DNA of 52,791 nt, filler included, from Sphacelaria rigidula (GCA_964200075.2; 3 parts of 3 records of this genome joined end to end with filler, not necessarily neighbours in it); one strand, 5' to 3'. Shown: positions 1 to 12,719, counted from the first letter of the whole stretch. The notes: a model not told the origin generated them from the letters alone. Numbers and translations: made by a program.

Positions 1-2605
1 CGTAGGTCTCTGGCTACTCTAGCGATACGCCTTCCTTACAATTCATCCTTTAGCCCATGTATACATGGACTGGGGGGCAAAAGGATGAATTACTTTCGAC
101 AATTTTTCTGTGCGTCGGATCCCATACGCTGGTAACGGTGCAGTATGCGGGATATGCCCAGCTGACGCTGTTCGCAATAAATTGTTTTCCCCCCAATTTC
201 CGGATGACTTGGAGGGCAAATTGAAAATTTATTTCGAGCTTCTGCTGCTGTTCAAATTCAAAATCTGCCACTAACACAGAATCTTACAAACTGGGGATGG
301 ATCTTCTGTTGGGGATGAGAATCCCGGAGAATTAAAATCTTCGTATCCAGACCAAGTCTTCGAAATATGGTTCCATTTCTTCACCTACTGATAGCCATTG
401 GCAACTGCTACACACCACAGAAATTTGGATTTCGCATCACCGAAATTTTGGGGTCCTGGGTGAAAAAACAAATTCGGAATCATTTTGGCGTCCGAACGAA
501 ATACACGCATTGAATTAAATTAAACGTACGGAGCGCGTTATTCTCGAGCAGCACGCGCGCTAGCTTGTGCGCGATTTTCCGTGTTGCCAACATCGTGCCA
601 GTGCGCTTGTGCACTACAGCGTTGTACTCCCCTGTGGCAGCCTGTCACGGTATTACTCCGTATGTTACATCACGCTTTACTTGAAAACATGCAAAAGAGA
701 TGCCAGCGAGTCCATCGTTGTTGCACTTGCAGGTGTGGTGAACCAGTTTTTTTTCGAATTAGTACTGCCGCATGTTCCGTGCTGTACCAAGAAGTATATG
801 CCGCAACGCTTCAAAAATGGATATGCATGATATAAACGCCACCGACATGCTCTGGTTATCATGAACTGTGTACGAGGCGCGGGAAGCGTAGTTTTCGTCA
901 AAGAATACAAAAACGAAACCATACTGTACTGCAGTACAGGCAGTTTTCATTAATAGCATGAAACACGTGATTAGAACGAGACACAAGACAAAGCATTTAC
1001 ATGATAATACCTGAGCATTTTGGTACTGAAACGAGTTCACCAGTCCCTCCACTACCCAGGGTAAGGAGGTAGATACCACGTGGGAATACAAAACAAGTTA
1101 TGGGCAGACCTTCATGTTAGAGTAGAAGGGCCCAGCCGAGACCACCCCGGTTTCATCCGAGACGGCAACGTCGCAAACACCGAAAAAATTGAAATTGGAA
1201 GCGCCCTGGGCACAGGGCAATCTATACACACATACTACATGCCACATACATACACTCTATGCCATCGTTTGTCGAGCCCTAGGGTAAATCGCCAAGGACA
1301 AGTAGTTTGACATGGGTGTAATTTCCCACCTTTTCACCTGTAGAGTGTTTCCAGCAACGAATTTACTATCCCGAACACTAACGGGTGCACTTTACTTGAT
1401 CATTCCCATACCCCATGTCCAAAGGTTTGTTTGATAATACTGCGGCAGCGTTTTTTACACGTGGCAGAAGCCGAAGACAGTGGCTTTTGTCAGCTTTCCG
1501 CAGCCATTCATATTTGTCCCCACACACGTGAACACTTCGCCTGCAGTCAGTGACTGGGAGTTCTCTATGCTTCTCTCATGCGCTCCTCGAAAGCCAGTCC
1601 AACCTATTTCAGACATGACGTTTTCGGGCAGCGCTCGACGGCATTGGCCACAAATGAAGCAGCAAGCAGTTCATATGAAACGATAACGCCCTTGTTCCCG
1701 GTTGAACCATATATTAGGCCAAGCGAAAGCTTGTGATCTTCTCAGAGTCGATAATTCGGATACAGCACCAGCCATCCTCGCCACAGTATGGTGCGCAGTG
1801 ACTTTACATCACATGAGCTGCAACTCATAGATTACAGTATGCCAGCTCTCATGTGGGTCACGCCAGCAGCAGCTCAGCCATCGCCAGAGGCATGTTATTT
1901 CACCACGCGAAGAAGATCTCCATAGTCGTGGGTTTTCTACAACACTCTCCCGACCCGGATGTGTACTACTGTCCTTGTGCCAAGCGAAGGTCAAAATCAA
2001 CGATAACACCCTCCACGCGCGAAAGGGTCTTCACAGCATGGCCATTGCTCACTCGTGTGCATATGACAAAGGGGGTATTGATGACAGGAGTATCGCTCTG
2101 TTTTTCGTCGACGTGTTCTGGAGCGCACAGAGGCACGTCCTGTCCAGAAAGAAGGGTAAAAAATAGTCGATCTTTGCAGCGTCAGCACCGCAGACAAGAC
2201 ACGAATACAGCAGCCAAGATGCAGCAATTCAATCCTTTTTTGGGCTGTCCAACTAACCGTCTGCTGTTCTTGTGCCGACGAAAAGGCGTGCAAATTGTGT
2301 ATGTGGTGGTACCGTGATGCCAATTTCTTCAGCGATTGAGAATCGCCGAACGAAGACACACAAAGAATACGGGCGAGGAGCTTCGATGGTTGATATGCTC
2401 ATTCTTCCTTCCTTTATTCTTCGACAAAATGGATCGTTCCCGTTGTTACTCGTCAACGTTTCGTCCACTACCGGAACACACGAAAGCAACCGCCTTCCGA
2501 TTCAGAGTTGATTCTCAATCGTGAGCTACATCCTCAATATCACGACACCTTACTGAATGCGAGCAGCTTGGTGGGGCCTCATCCCCGACATTATCACAGA
2601 TAACA

Positions 2606-2990
2606 ACAGTTTGTGATCAGGAAGAAGTGATCGTTTCGGAATGAGTCCGAAATCGTTTTGAGGCGTATGGTTGCCGATCAATTTCAGTAAGGTAACATGA
2701 AGACGAATGTTTTTTCTTTGAAACCTTACGAACAGAAGAGGAAGAAATGATTTTGTTCCAACGGCGATTGGGACTAGAGGTGATTCCAAACCAAGATACA
2801 GAGACGGCGAATGTGGCCATCTTTGTATTCTGCACTAGAAGAGGCCTCTGTGTGCTGTCATCCGTCAGCATTAGGCCGTGAGGCACAACGGACAGACTGC
2901 TAACACATGTCTTGTACAATCGCAGGTAGCTACCAGATAATCCTCACCTCCCTCCATCATGCACAATGACCTGTAGAGGTCGGGATCTCC
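2606..2990 (-). repeat. Dispersed ~390-bp repeat X, intact copy
   Basis: Its reverse complement aligns consecutively to 3988-4093, 6977-7105 and 11892-12070. Shared blocks include cagcacacagaggcct, ctgaaattgatcggc..ccatacgcc and gatccc.acctct.caggtcattgt. Confidence 0.85.
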
Positions 2991-3665
2991 AGTTATTATC
3001 ATGGCGTACGCCTACCCCCCAAGGACTCGCCAGATACTTCCGAAATGACTTTGATATGTCGATTCGATTCTTTGCAGGAAAGCGTTCACAAGACATTTCA
3101 ACACTTTCTTGTTCCCACGATTTTCAATTACAAACACTCACTGGCTCATCGATGTGAAACGGGTAAGACTTCGAAACATTCCAGCATCAATTGACTACGA
3201 GTCTACTCTCAGATAGCATTTTACCCCTGGTGTTCTTTCGGTCACCGGCGAACACAGGTGGATCAGTTTTACATCAATTGTTTGGAATCAAAATTCAATG
3301 ATCATTTTTTGAAAGTGGTGTCGACATGCAATACATGTTTGATTTGTCAGCTCATAGCTATCACTTCGGAACCGAAACTGACCTAAAAAAAGGTGTATTA
3401 TTACTGATGTTCTGAAAGTCATGGATTCCCAAGGTCAGTGCAATACCGTAGAGTGTAGTACAACAAAAGTGCGGTTCAGGGGGACACTGCAAGTGTACAA
3501 GACAGTACTACTACTGTAGATTAGACGGGCGTGTCATGTGAGCGTACCGAGCGCAGGGTGTGTTCTTCCATGAGGTTGTCTAAATGAAGGATCACTGGAC
3601 AGCCCCGAGCGTGTTCAACGTATCAAAATGCCAAAACATTGGTCATACCCTACCCGACCGAGGTT

Positions 3666-3951
3666 AGTTCACCACTTGGTAGGAGTGAGACCGTTCTTGA
3701 AAATTATGATTTCGAGTAACTCTAACCCTAACCCCAACCCTAACCCTCGCCCCAACGAAGGTATACCGAGAACCCTCGAGCAAGGGGGATACAGAGTGTT
3801 CCCCAGGCAAAGTATGCGCGCTGATTTAGACACAAACGCGTTCTGGGCACGCTAGGAGCACAATACGAGCACATCCCCCATTATAGATGCGGATTTCGGC
3901 GTCTACACTAAAACCAAGTTGGAGCAACAAGCCCCTACCAAGTGGTAAACT
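3666..3951. mobile_element. MITE-like element with 18-bp TIR and internal telomere-like CCCTAA repeats (copy 1)
   Basis: agttcaccacttggtagg (3666-3683) pairs with cctaccaagtggtaaact (3934-3951), one mismatch. ctaaccctaaccccaaccctaaccct at ~3722-3747. Homologous copy at 12966-13271. Confidence 0.7.
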
Positions 3952-4093
3952 CTACTGACTCGACCTACTCTTGAACGATTGTATATGAAGATCCCAACCT
4001 CTGCAGGTCATTGTACACCTTGGAGGGGGGGGGCGGATGAATTGGGGGACATCTACCTGCGGTTGTACGAGACATATATGTTGTGCTGGCAGC

Positions 4094-6976
4094 TGTTCAT
4101 GTGAACAGGTACAGATCAGTCAACTGGACATGTGCGCATAGATTTATGCTGATGCACGAGTACTGGTAGTCGAGTACGCGTGACTGCCCTGTATAGACTT
4201 CTGTCACTCAAGATCAGATTGCCATGTGGACTCCTCCTATCACGGGCACATGGACTTGAGAAGCTTCAGTTATTTATGTATCAACCATCAGCATAGTACA
4301 AGAGAACAGGACCATAACCTCTCTCCACCAGAGTAGCAAAACCGGCTCTACTCGTCATGGAGGTCACCATCACAGAGTCCGGCAATCAGACCCGCAAGGC
4401 TAGAGTCTACAGCTGTCATGCTTGAGCCGGCAGTAGATGCTGCCACTCGCTATCACGTGACATGGGCACGCACCTCCCCTAACCTCTCCCGCACACTACA
4501 GCAATCGATCCAGACACCGAGCGAGCCGAGGGGTTCCAAGGTCGATGCAGGCCCGGACGTGAGCGAGCCAGTTTTGGAAAATTCCACAGTAGACACTTCG
4601 TCCAGCGGTCCCTCAAGCGCACCGTCCGTTGCATGGGTGAGAGAGGCGGGGTAGCACCGTAGATCCCCGTCAATATTGAAGGGGGCGAAGTGACTTCACC
4701 GCCCCCACGAGGGGGGAGAGAAGGCGGGTTGACACCATAGATCCCCGGTCCAAATTCGATCAACGGAGGCGGTGAAGGAGGGCAGAAAACACCACCATCA
4801 TCGACGTCAACACCGTCATCGACACCAACGCCGACGCCGACACAAACGCCAACGCCGACACCTACGCTGACGCCGACAACAAGGCTTACGCCCATATCGG
4901 CATCATACATTCCCTTGTCACCCGCAGAATCACCCTCTTTCACGGGTTCCGCGCAAGGCGATGGGACGTCACAAAGAGGCAGGAACATTTTGATTAGGTC
5001 AGTACCGGAAGGAGTAAATGTGATTTCAACGAAATGGGTTTTTAGTTGGAAACCGACGCCGATATTACCATAACGAAGGCGGAGGTTTGGCTGGTAGGGC
5101 GAGGATTTGGACAATGTTTCGCCGTCGACTATTTTGGGACTTCGGCGGCCACGCCCTCCATGACCTCCATTAAACTGGCGATGACAATATTAGTTCAGGA
5201 AGAGTGGCCCTTGTATCACTTCGACGCAACACAGGCTTTTGTTCAAGCGAAGATGGGACACTGAGGCTACCTGAAGGATGCTACGCTGTGACTGACATGA
5301 TCGTGAAGCTCGAAAAATCCATTTATGCGACCAAGCGAGCAAGCAGGCAGTGGTCACGTCTTCTGTGCCAAGCTGTATTGGAGGATGTCGGGATGATGCA
5401 GTGTGAGACTCACCCTTGTGTTTTTGAGAGAGAGGATGAAGGAGACGTGCGTGTAGTTCTAGTCGTCCATGTAGATGACATTTTGATCGGTGGTGTTGAG
5501 GAGAATGTGCGAAATGGCGATGAGTTCCGAATGGAAAGTTCCCCAAGAACAATCTCGGAGAGGTCACATGGCACATGGGGTGTGCGGTGGACAGAGATTG
5601 CGATAGAGATACGCTGTCGGCGACGCAAACTACCTTCACCGACACGCTCCTCAAGCGTTTTGAGGCGAAGGGACACTAAGAAATCCCTTATTATATTTTC
5701 ACAAGGTTGGGGCCGACAATGGGCGAGGACACAGTGGTGAATCATTCATACCGTATCGCAGTGGGGGGGCTGATGTGGCTGACAATAGTCACGAGACCAG
5801 ATGTCGCAAATGCCGTACGGGCTCTCGCACGCCAGTCACATTACCCATGCGAGATCCACTGGGAAGCAGTGATAAAGGTACTAGAATATCTGGACAGGAC
5901 GAAGGAGTTATGACTTACGTTCAAGAGAGATCATGACAGGCTTTCAGTTTACTGTGACGCAGACTACACTAAGACTATGCTGAGAAGGAAACAGACAGAC
6001 TTCAATCTCGGGAATAGCTTTGATGTATGGAGATGTGGTAGTGTCGACAACGACTCTCACGCAACACCGTGTGGCGCCATCAATCAGGGGAGCGGAGTAC
6101 ATCACAATGGCCGAGGGGGCAAAAAAAGGACTGTTTGTGAAGGCAGTGTTGACGTTGTTGCGACCTCAGACTGAGTTGGGGAGTGTGGAGGACCACGGTG
6201 TTGTCTTGTACGCGGACAATGAGGGAGTCAAGGCCCTAGCTGAAAGCCCCCTCAGTTCTGAAAGGAGTGAACGCATGGATGTGAGGTGTAACTTGATTCG
6301 AGAGCTGGTGGGGACCGCAAATATTAGGATCGTGCATGTGGATTCAGGATGGCAACATGCTGATATTTTGACGAAGCCTTCCTCGATCAACTTGTGTGCG
6401 AGACACAGACAGGTCTTGATAAATTTGGAAGTTGAGCAGTAGACACGTTCTTGTGTGTACCCTTTTTGTGCTAGCTCCGGGAATATTCAGGCCTTTGGTT
6501 TTTGTAATGCATTTATGGCCATGTTGGGTTAAGCCACCCACGCTACTTTGGGGGGCATGGGTCATGTCGGGCGTTTCCTGACATGACGTGAATTTGCCTT
6601 GACCGGCGTCCATGGATTATCAAGATGGAGCACAAGCAGTTGAAGGAAGTGTTTTTTGCTCGAATGGCCTAGTTTCCTCGTTTTGATTTTGCTTTCTGAG
6701 AGATAACAACGACGACTGATGTACCAGTTCAGGAGGGGCGTTCATGTGAGCAGTTACAGATCAATGTACTGTACATGTGCGCATAGATTTATGCTGACGC
6801 ATGGGTACTGGTAGTGGAGTATGCGTGACTGAACTGTCATGCTTGAGTCGGCAGTAGATGCTACCACTTGCTCTCACTCTTCATCTGATCGCTAGTACCG
6901 AGGTTCGACCCTGCCAAAGCACTCTCCAATAACACGAATACAAAACTATTTATCCTTCGCCACGGGCCACGGAATA
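4094..6976 (+). mobile_element. Ty1/Copia LTR retrotransposon, internally deleted and decayed
   Basis: LTR pair 4094-~4456 and 6739-6976 (shared catgtgcgcatagatttatgctga and ctgtcatgcttgag.cggcagtagatgct). Purine tract aggagggg directly before the 3' LTR. Perfect 5-bp TSD GCAGC at 4089-4093 and 6977-6981. RT and RNase H remnants inside. Confidence 0.9.
5030..6442 (+). pseudogene. Copia pol remnant: reverse transcriptase (RVT_2-like) and RNase H, frameshifted
   Basis: Motifs LVGRGFGQ..VDYF, HFDATQAFVQA, KLEKSIYATKRASRQW, VHVDDILIG, LMWLTIVTRPDVANAV, YCDADY, AEYITMAEG, YADNEG and HADILTKP, spread over several frames. Confidence 0.9.
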
Positions 6977-7832
6977 GCAGCCCCCCCCCTTGTGCCCCAC
7001 GCTCCAATGCTGACTGATGGCGGCAGCACACAGAGGCCTTTAGTGTAGGATACAAAGACAGACAAGTCACCGTCTCTTCCTCTTGGTTTGGCACCGCCTC
7101 TAACCTGTGACGAAAATACGCCGTCACGTTGAGTTGGTAGTGATGATATGGATAATGACTGAGGGCACGGAGATTCTGGAGGGTTCTGGATAATGACCGG
7201 GGACACGGGTATGGTATCTGCAGGTCTAGATGGTGCCCTGGAAGGGTACTCCTCTGCGGGCCCTGGGGCTGCGGGGGTAGTCTGTTGTGGCGCTCGACTA
7301 CGGTGGATAATGAGAATGTTGTAAAGGCTGACAGCTGAAACGGAGGCCAGTAAAACTGGGGAGTGACTCCCCTCAACAGCAGTGACCCAACAGTGCTTTC
7401 ACTGGCTGGCGTCACACTATCGATATTAGTGCTAGTGCTAGTGTTGGTGCTAGAAATCTACTGGAAAGGATTTCGGTAGGGGTTTGGGAGCAGTGGAAAC
7501 CTGATGCACCACGGACGCGTGGAGAAGGTTCCAGCTAAGGCAGCTGCAGAAAGGCGGCTAGCCTGTGATTGATCCAGACTGAAGACTTGCTGAAGCTGCG
7601 TGCAGCGGGAGTTTGGAGTCTCCTATGACTGTGTGGTGCGACGACGAAGCAAGGAAAGCGCAATTCGCGAAGGTCCGCTGGCCTGCAGAGATTCGCAGGG
7701 AGCCGGTTATAGCTACAGCTATGGCTACCTCCCCAATACGGGGACAGGTACTCAGAGAGTGCATCTCGCACTTTTTATACGAAATACTTAGAGTACAAGA
7801 GGCGTGCAGAGCACGCTAATGCAGGGGATGCC

Positions 7833-8786
7833 GTGCGACGTCAGGTGGTAACAATGGCACAACAAGTGTCGACTCATGTACAGAGGGTGTTCGCTCGTTT
7901 GGAACACAACGAGAGCACCATCACCTCGCCGCAATTGGTTGCGGCGATCAAAAAGCATGCAGGGCATGCGGTGGGCGCCGGGGTACATCTGACCCAAGCC
8001 TCGGCGGCCGTGGCGAAAGCTGTCGCCATGAATTCTCGGGGGAAAACGATATTGGGGCGTGTGGAGCCCATCTTGGCCAATTTGGAGAAGTACTTCACGG
8101 AAAATCCGAACGTAGAACTAGTATATCGTTCCCCCGATGGTGAGTTCATTCCCGGCCCGGCAGCAGTAATCACTACGGCTTCGGTGGAGGGGTTGGCACC
8201 GGAAAATTCCAAGCAAGCCGTGCTTGTCAAGCTGCAGCACCAAACAGATTGGAAGGACGACGCATACCTGGTGATGAGCACCGTTGTCGCTGAGGCCAAG
8301 GAGAGGCGAAAAATAGAGCTGTTCGGTCAGTCGTCCACCTCTTCGCCGAAATCTTTGCGCGACCATGGCTCGAAATCGAGTGGTCGCGCCGCGAGTATTA
8401 CTTGCCACCGCTGTGGCCAGGTCGGCCATTACGCGCGCGATTGCCCAACGTGTTCCGGTGGAGAGTCTGGACAGTCTAGTGCCGCGCGCCATCAGCATCG
8501 TCAGCACAAGGCCAAAAGACGAGGTAATCGTGGTGGCGGCGGCGGATCCTCCGGCGATGGAGGGTCACAGGCGAGCACTCAGCAGCAGCCGCAGCAGCAG
8601 CCGCAGCAGCAGCAGCAGCAGCAGGGACAGCGGCGTCAGCATGGGCATGGCTCTGGGTCCGGCGCCGCCGTAGGTGCTGTTGCTCCGCAACGGGCGGTGC
8701 AGGTGGACCCGACTTCTACAGAGTCGAACACTGCGCCGGCGACCGGCGGCGACACCGGCAGCAGCGCCAGGCGCGACCCCTGTTGA
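7833..8786 (+). pseudogene. Gypsy gag-like ORF with CCHC zinc knuckle
   Basis: CHRCGQVGHYARDC (CX2CX4HX4C) at ~8403-8444, followed by a G/Q-rich tail encoded by CAG repeats. Confidence 0.8.
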
Positions 8787-9004
8787 CGCGTTGGTCGGAG
8801 GGTCGCCAAATTCTTGGTTTGCTGGCTGGGGGGCGTACCCGCCGGCGGTCCCGTTTGAATCTGCCGGGGCGTCTTCGCCTGCGCAGCTTGCGCAGCCGTG
8901 GCGTCAAGTGGGATTAGCGGTGCATAGGTCAGCGGAAGAAGTTCCCGTAGACCTGGCCGACAGACACATGCCGGCGGAGTTATGTTCTCCGAATCAACGG
9001 CAGC

Positions 9005-11562
9005 GTGGAGCCATTGTGGTTCGGTCTGTGTTGGATTCTGGCGCCCATTTCACTAGTCTGCCGATGCAGATGGTTGAGATGCTGGAGCGATAACTCCCGG
9101 GTGTGCCGCTGCGCATCCCGTTTCCGCTCGGGGCGCGGCAGGCAGTCACCGCGTCAGGTCAGCATGTTTCTGTCACGGAGCGTGCTGTTCCGTTGCAGCT
9201 AGCCTTCAAAACTGCTTCGGGGCTGGCGCCGTTGCCTCCGATCTTGTTTGCGATTATGCCAGGGTCGGATGGCGTTGTTCTTCTGGGGCTGCCGACGCCA
9301 CAGGATCTAGGAGTCGACCCGTATGAGTTGGAGGACTCCATCAATACGCGGCTGTCTCTGCCTGGTCCGCACGTGGAGACGCCCGCCTTTTCGTTGGAAC
9401 GCTTAGTAGAGCGCGGCCCGGATATGTCCATGGACCCGGCGGAAGAGGAGTCCGCTCGGAAGGTCGCGCTGGAGGAGAGCGTGACGGATGCTGCGGCGAA
9501 AGGCCTCAGCGTCTCAAGAGCGGAGCGCCTGCGCGGCATTTTGCATCGCGGCGTCAACGCGTTTCGTCGTGCGCTGCGGGGTGGTTCCCCTGCGCGCGTT
9601 GAGCCCATGCGTGTTCAGCTGAAACCTGGGGCGTCCGCGGTGAAGACGAAGCCGCGGCGATACGACCCAGTGAAGTCGAGTTTGTTGGTCTTGTGCATGG
9701 CGGCTCTTTTGGCGCTCGGGTTGATGTTACAGAATTTGCAGGCGGGGTGGTCCAGTCCGGATATGGCGTTACCGAAGAAGGCTGCATCGTGGACGGAGGG
9801 CAGGCTGCAGGTGTGGGCGGCAGGGAAGGATCTGGTGGCTCATGCCGTGATGTTGCTTCATCCTCGTCCTAATTGTCAGGTGTCAATGTTTCCTTATGCA
9901 TCTGAGTGCCATCGGGGTAGTTTGGTCATGCAGGTACCTACAGTTGAAATTTGAATGCCTGTGCGCGCTGTGGCTGTGTATGGTCCGTGCGAACCTCATG
10001 ACTCGATGCCGTCCAAATCTGTTGTGCGCCAAACGCAACGAAAAGGTCTTCGGGCTGAAGATGCGGATGTGCAATCTTTCGAGTCGGGCGTTGGTACTGC
10101 TATCTTGAACAATGAAGATATGTTTCGTGTGCATGTGCGTGGCCGAAACGTTTTGTGAATTCCGAGTTCTGACAAGCAGTTGCAGGTACGTCTGATGATT
10201 TGCGCGTACATGCGCGACGCTGGGCATCGTGGTGTGGCTGCGACGCTCGTGCGTTTGCAGGGATTTCATGTCTGGCAAGTGATAGAAACTCATGTGCGCC
10301 AATTTTCCCGCCAGTGTCTTTGCTGTGCCGACTCGAGGGCGGGCGATGTTGTTCCCCGCCCGCTCGACGAAGCGGTCCATGGGACCACGCCGAATGACGT
10401 AGTTAATTTTGACTTCTTTTACGTGGGCAAGAGTGGCCCGCTAGCTTGCCAAGGTTTGTCGGAGGATGCTAGGTTACGATACATATTGGTAATCATGGAT
10501 GGTTTGAGCAACTTTGTGGCTCTGGAACCAGTAGCAGTGTGTACTGCTGAATCGACCGCTGCATCTTTGCTAAATTGGTGCAAATCTTTGGGGGTGCCGC
10601 GTGTGTGCGTGAGTGATACCGCCACGCATTTCAAGAATGCGATCTTGACCCGATTGCGGTAGGCTTTTCGCGTTGATCACCAGTTTGCGGTAGCGTATTC
10701 TCCGTGGTCTAACGGTACGTGCGAACGCATGGTCAAGGAAGTAGTTCGTGCTCTTCGCTCTATTCTTCTCAAGCAGCGTAGAGCGGTTTCCGAGTGAATG
10801 GACGTGTTACCGGCGGTGCCATGGGCGCCTAATACAGCGTATCGTCATCGTTACGATAGTACGCCGTACCACGTGATGTTTGGTCGTGCCCTTCGGACGT
10901 CTTGCTCGGTGCTGGCGTCTTCGTCGGCGGGGGAATGGAAGTGTGATGTTTTAGACGATGTTCAAATTGAGAGTGCATTGCAAGGAGTCTTGGACTTGCA
11001 AGAACGTTTCCACGTTCAAGTGCAGGAACGTGTTGCCGCTGAACGTGCGCGTCGACGTGAGGGGTCCTCGTCGGGGCTGGAATTGCCGAAGTTTGAGGTA
11101 GGCGACTATGTCTTGTATGCACGCGTGCGTCGTCCGGGTATTACGCCCAAGCTGATGGCGACGTGAACTGGTCCATAGAGAGTGGTTGGTGCTGACCACC
11201 CACACGTGCTTGAGATTCAGAACATTGTTTCAGGTCGTGTTCAGACCGGCCATGTAGTTCGTCTGCGTTTTTATGCAGACTCGCAGCTTAATGTTACGGC
11301 TGACGTTAAGGACGTGTTCCAGCATGCTCTCAATCAGGGGCAATTTCAGATGGCTGGTATTGTCCGAGTGGCAGAAACAGATGATCGTTCGTTGATCGTA
11401 TTGGTCGACTGGGTTGGTTTCGAAGTTGAGGAGCGCACGTGGGAGCCTTTCAAGCATATTTTTGAGGCCGCTCCTGACTTTTTTCCGAAGGAGTTGCATA
11501 AATTGCGCGTGACTCATGCCCTTGCTGCTCGCACTTCGAGTGAGTTTGGTATTCAACTGTGA
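9005..11562 (+). pseudogene. Gypsy pol remnant: aspartic protease, RT N-terminus, RNase H fragment, integrase, chromodomain
   Basis: Protease VLDSGA (~9028); WSSPDMALPKK; FPYASECH (DAS-like); integrase zinc-binding AGHRG...CLCC; core FDFFYVG, VSDTATHF, YSPWSNGTCER; chromodomain VLVDWVGFEVEERTWEP. Multiple in-frame stops. Confidence 0.9.
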
Positions 11563-12719
11563 CTTACTCATCGTTTTAGCGTTTTCTATTTTTTAAGCTT
11601 GTTGATTGATTTCCGTCCAACGCGCTTTGGGGGTGCTGTGACGAAAATACGCCGTCACGTTGAGTTGGTAGTGATAATATGGATAATGACTGAGGGCACG
11701 GAGATTCTGGAGGGTTCTGGATAATGACCGAGGACACGGATATGGTATCTGAAGGTCTAGATGGTGCCCTGGAAGGGTACTCCTGAATTATGAGAAAGTT
11801 GTAAAGGCTGACAGCTGAAACTGAGGCCAGTAAGACTGGGGAGTCCCTCAACAGCAGTGATCCAATAGTGCTTCCACTGGCTGGGGTCACAAATCGCACT
11901 TGCCGTTGTAACAAAGTCATCTCTACCTTTTATGTTGGCAAGCTTTCAAAGATTAAAGCGCACGTCTTCAAATTACCTGCCTGAAATTGATCGGCGGCCA
12001 TACGCCCATAATTGATTTTGAACTCGTTCCGAGAAAGACGATTTGTTCTTGACTCACGAAAATGTTGTTCAAAGCCATATGCACTTTCTTCTGTACATTC
12101 AGAAGGCTCTCACGAGGATCGTTCGCCGGCTTCCTTCGGGTGTCATGATAAATGGTTTAGACTTTTTTCGTACGTCTCAAGAAATGGTGAAGGCGGAACA
12201 TTGTTCAGGATGGGGAGTAGAGAGCCGCCGTTGGAGTTTCGAGAAAGAAATTCCGTCCCTAGGTACGTTTTACGGTTGGAAAAATGGGAAATTTCACTTG
12301 GGGGAAATTTCCTGCTTTTTGCGATTTTCCTAGGGCTTGGAAAAGGACCCGGCATCATCTTATTCAAAGATGAGGGAACCCGATGAAATCGATTCCTTTC
12401 CCCCACCTGGTGTGAGCCGTTCGAATGTACGACTGGAGATACACATGGTTTCACAGACCGGAGCAACAATGCGCGACGAGACAAGCCAGGGAAAGTTTCA
12501 ACAGAAAAATATACATGAAGTTCTTAGAATGATCAAGCTATTCGGGCGAAAACTCGAAAAATTTCGCAAGGGGGTTTGAGCCGCATGTCAATGTTCAACC
12601 TCATGTTCTAAAAGACTCTGTTAAGCGACGTCAGCGAGCGAGGAAGTCGCCCTGACACCAAAAAGGAAGAATATCACCGTCAGGGAGAGGAGGACAACAA
12701 CCGAGGAGCTGCTGAAAGG

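Larger units (their letters stand above)
7106..11891 (+). mobile_element. Ty3/Gypsy chromovirus-like LTR retrotransposon, non-autonomous
   Basis: LTRs 7106-7416 and 11637-11891, both TGTGAC...GTCACA; the 3' LTR lacks ~55 bp. G-rich tract precedes the 3' LTR. Flanks aacc/aatc fit a 4-bp TSD with one mismatch. Domain order gag-PR-(RT/RH fragments)-IN-chromo. Confidence 0.93.

Noticed and set aside
3722..3747. True telomere
   Set aside because: Only about four imperfect units, internal to a TIR element.
4479..5114. 211-aa minus-strand ORF rich in VG repeats
   Set aside because: Antisense shadow of the Copia Pro/Thr-rich spacer.
6895..6912. B-box-like ggttcgaccc as a tRNA or SINE
   Set aside because: It lies inside the Copia 3' LTR defined by the TSD, with no A box or cloverleaf.
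10156..11178. Several stops at probable Trp codons in the Gypsy pol as targeted hypermutation
   Set aside because: Trp codons are the usual source of stops by ordinary transitions, and there is no reference copy to show an excess.
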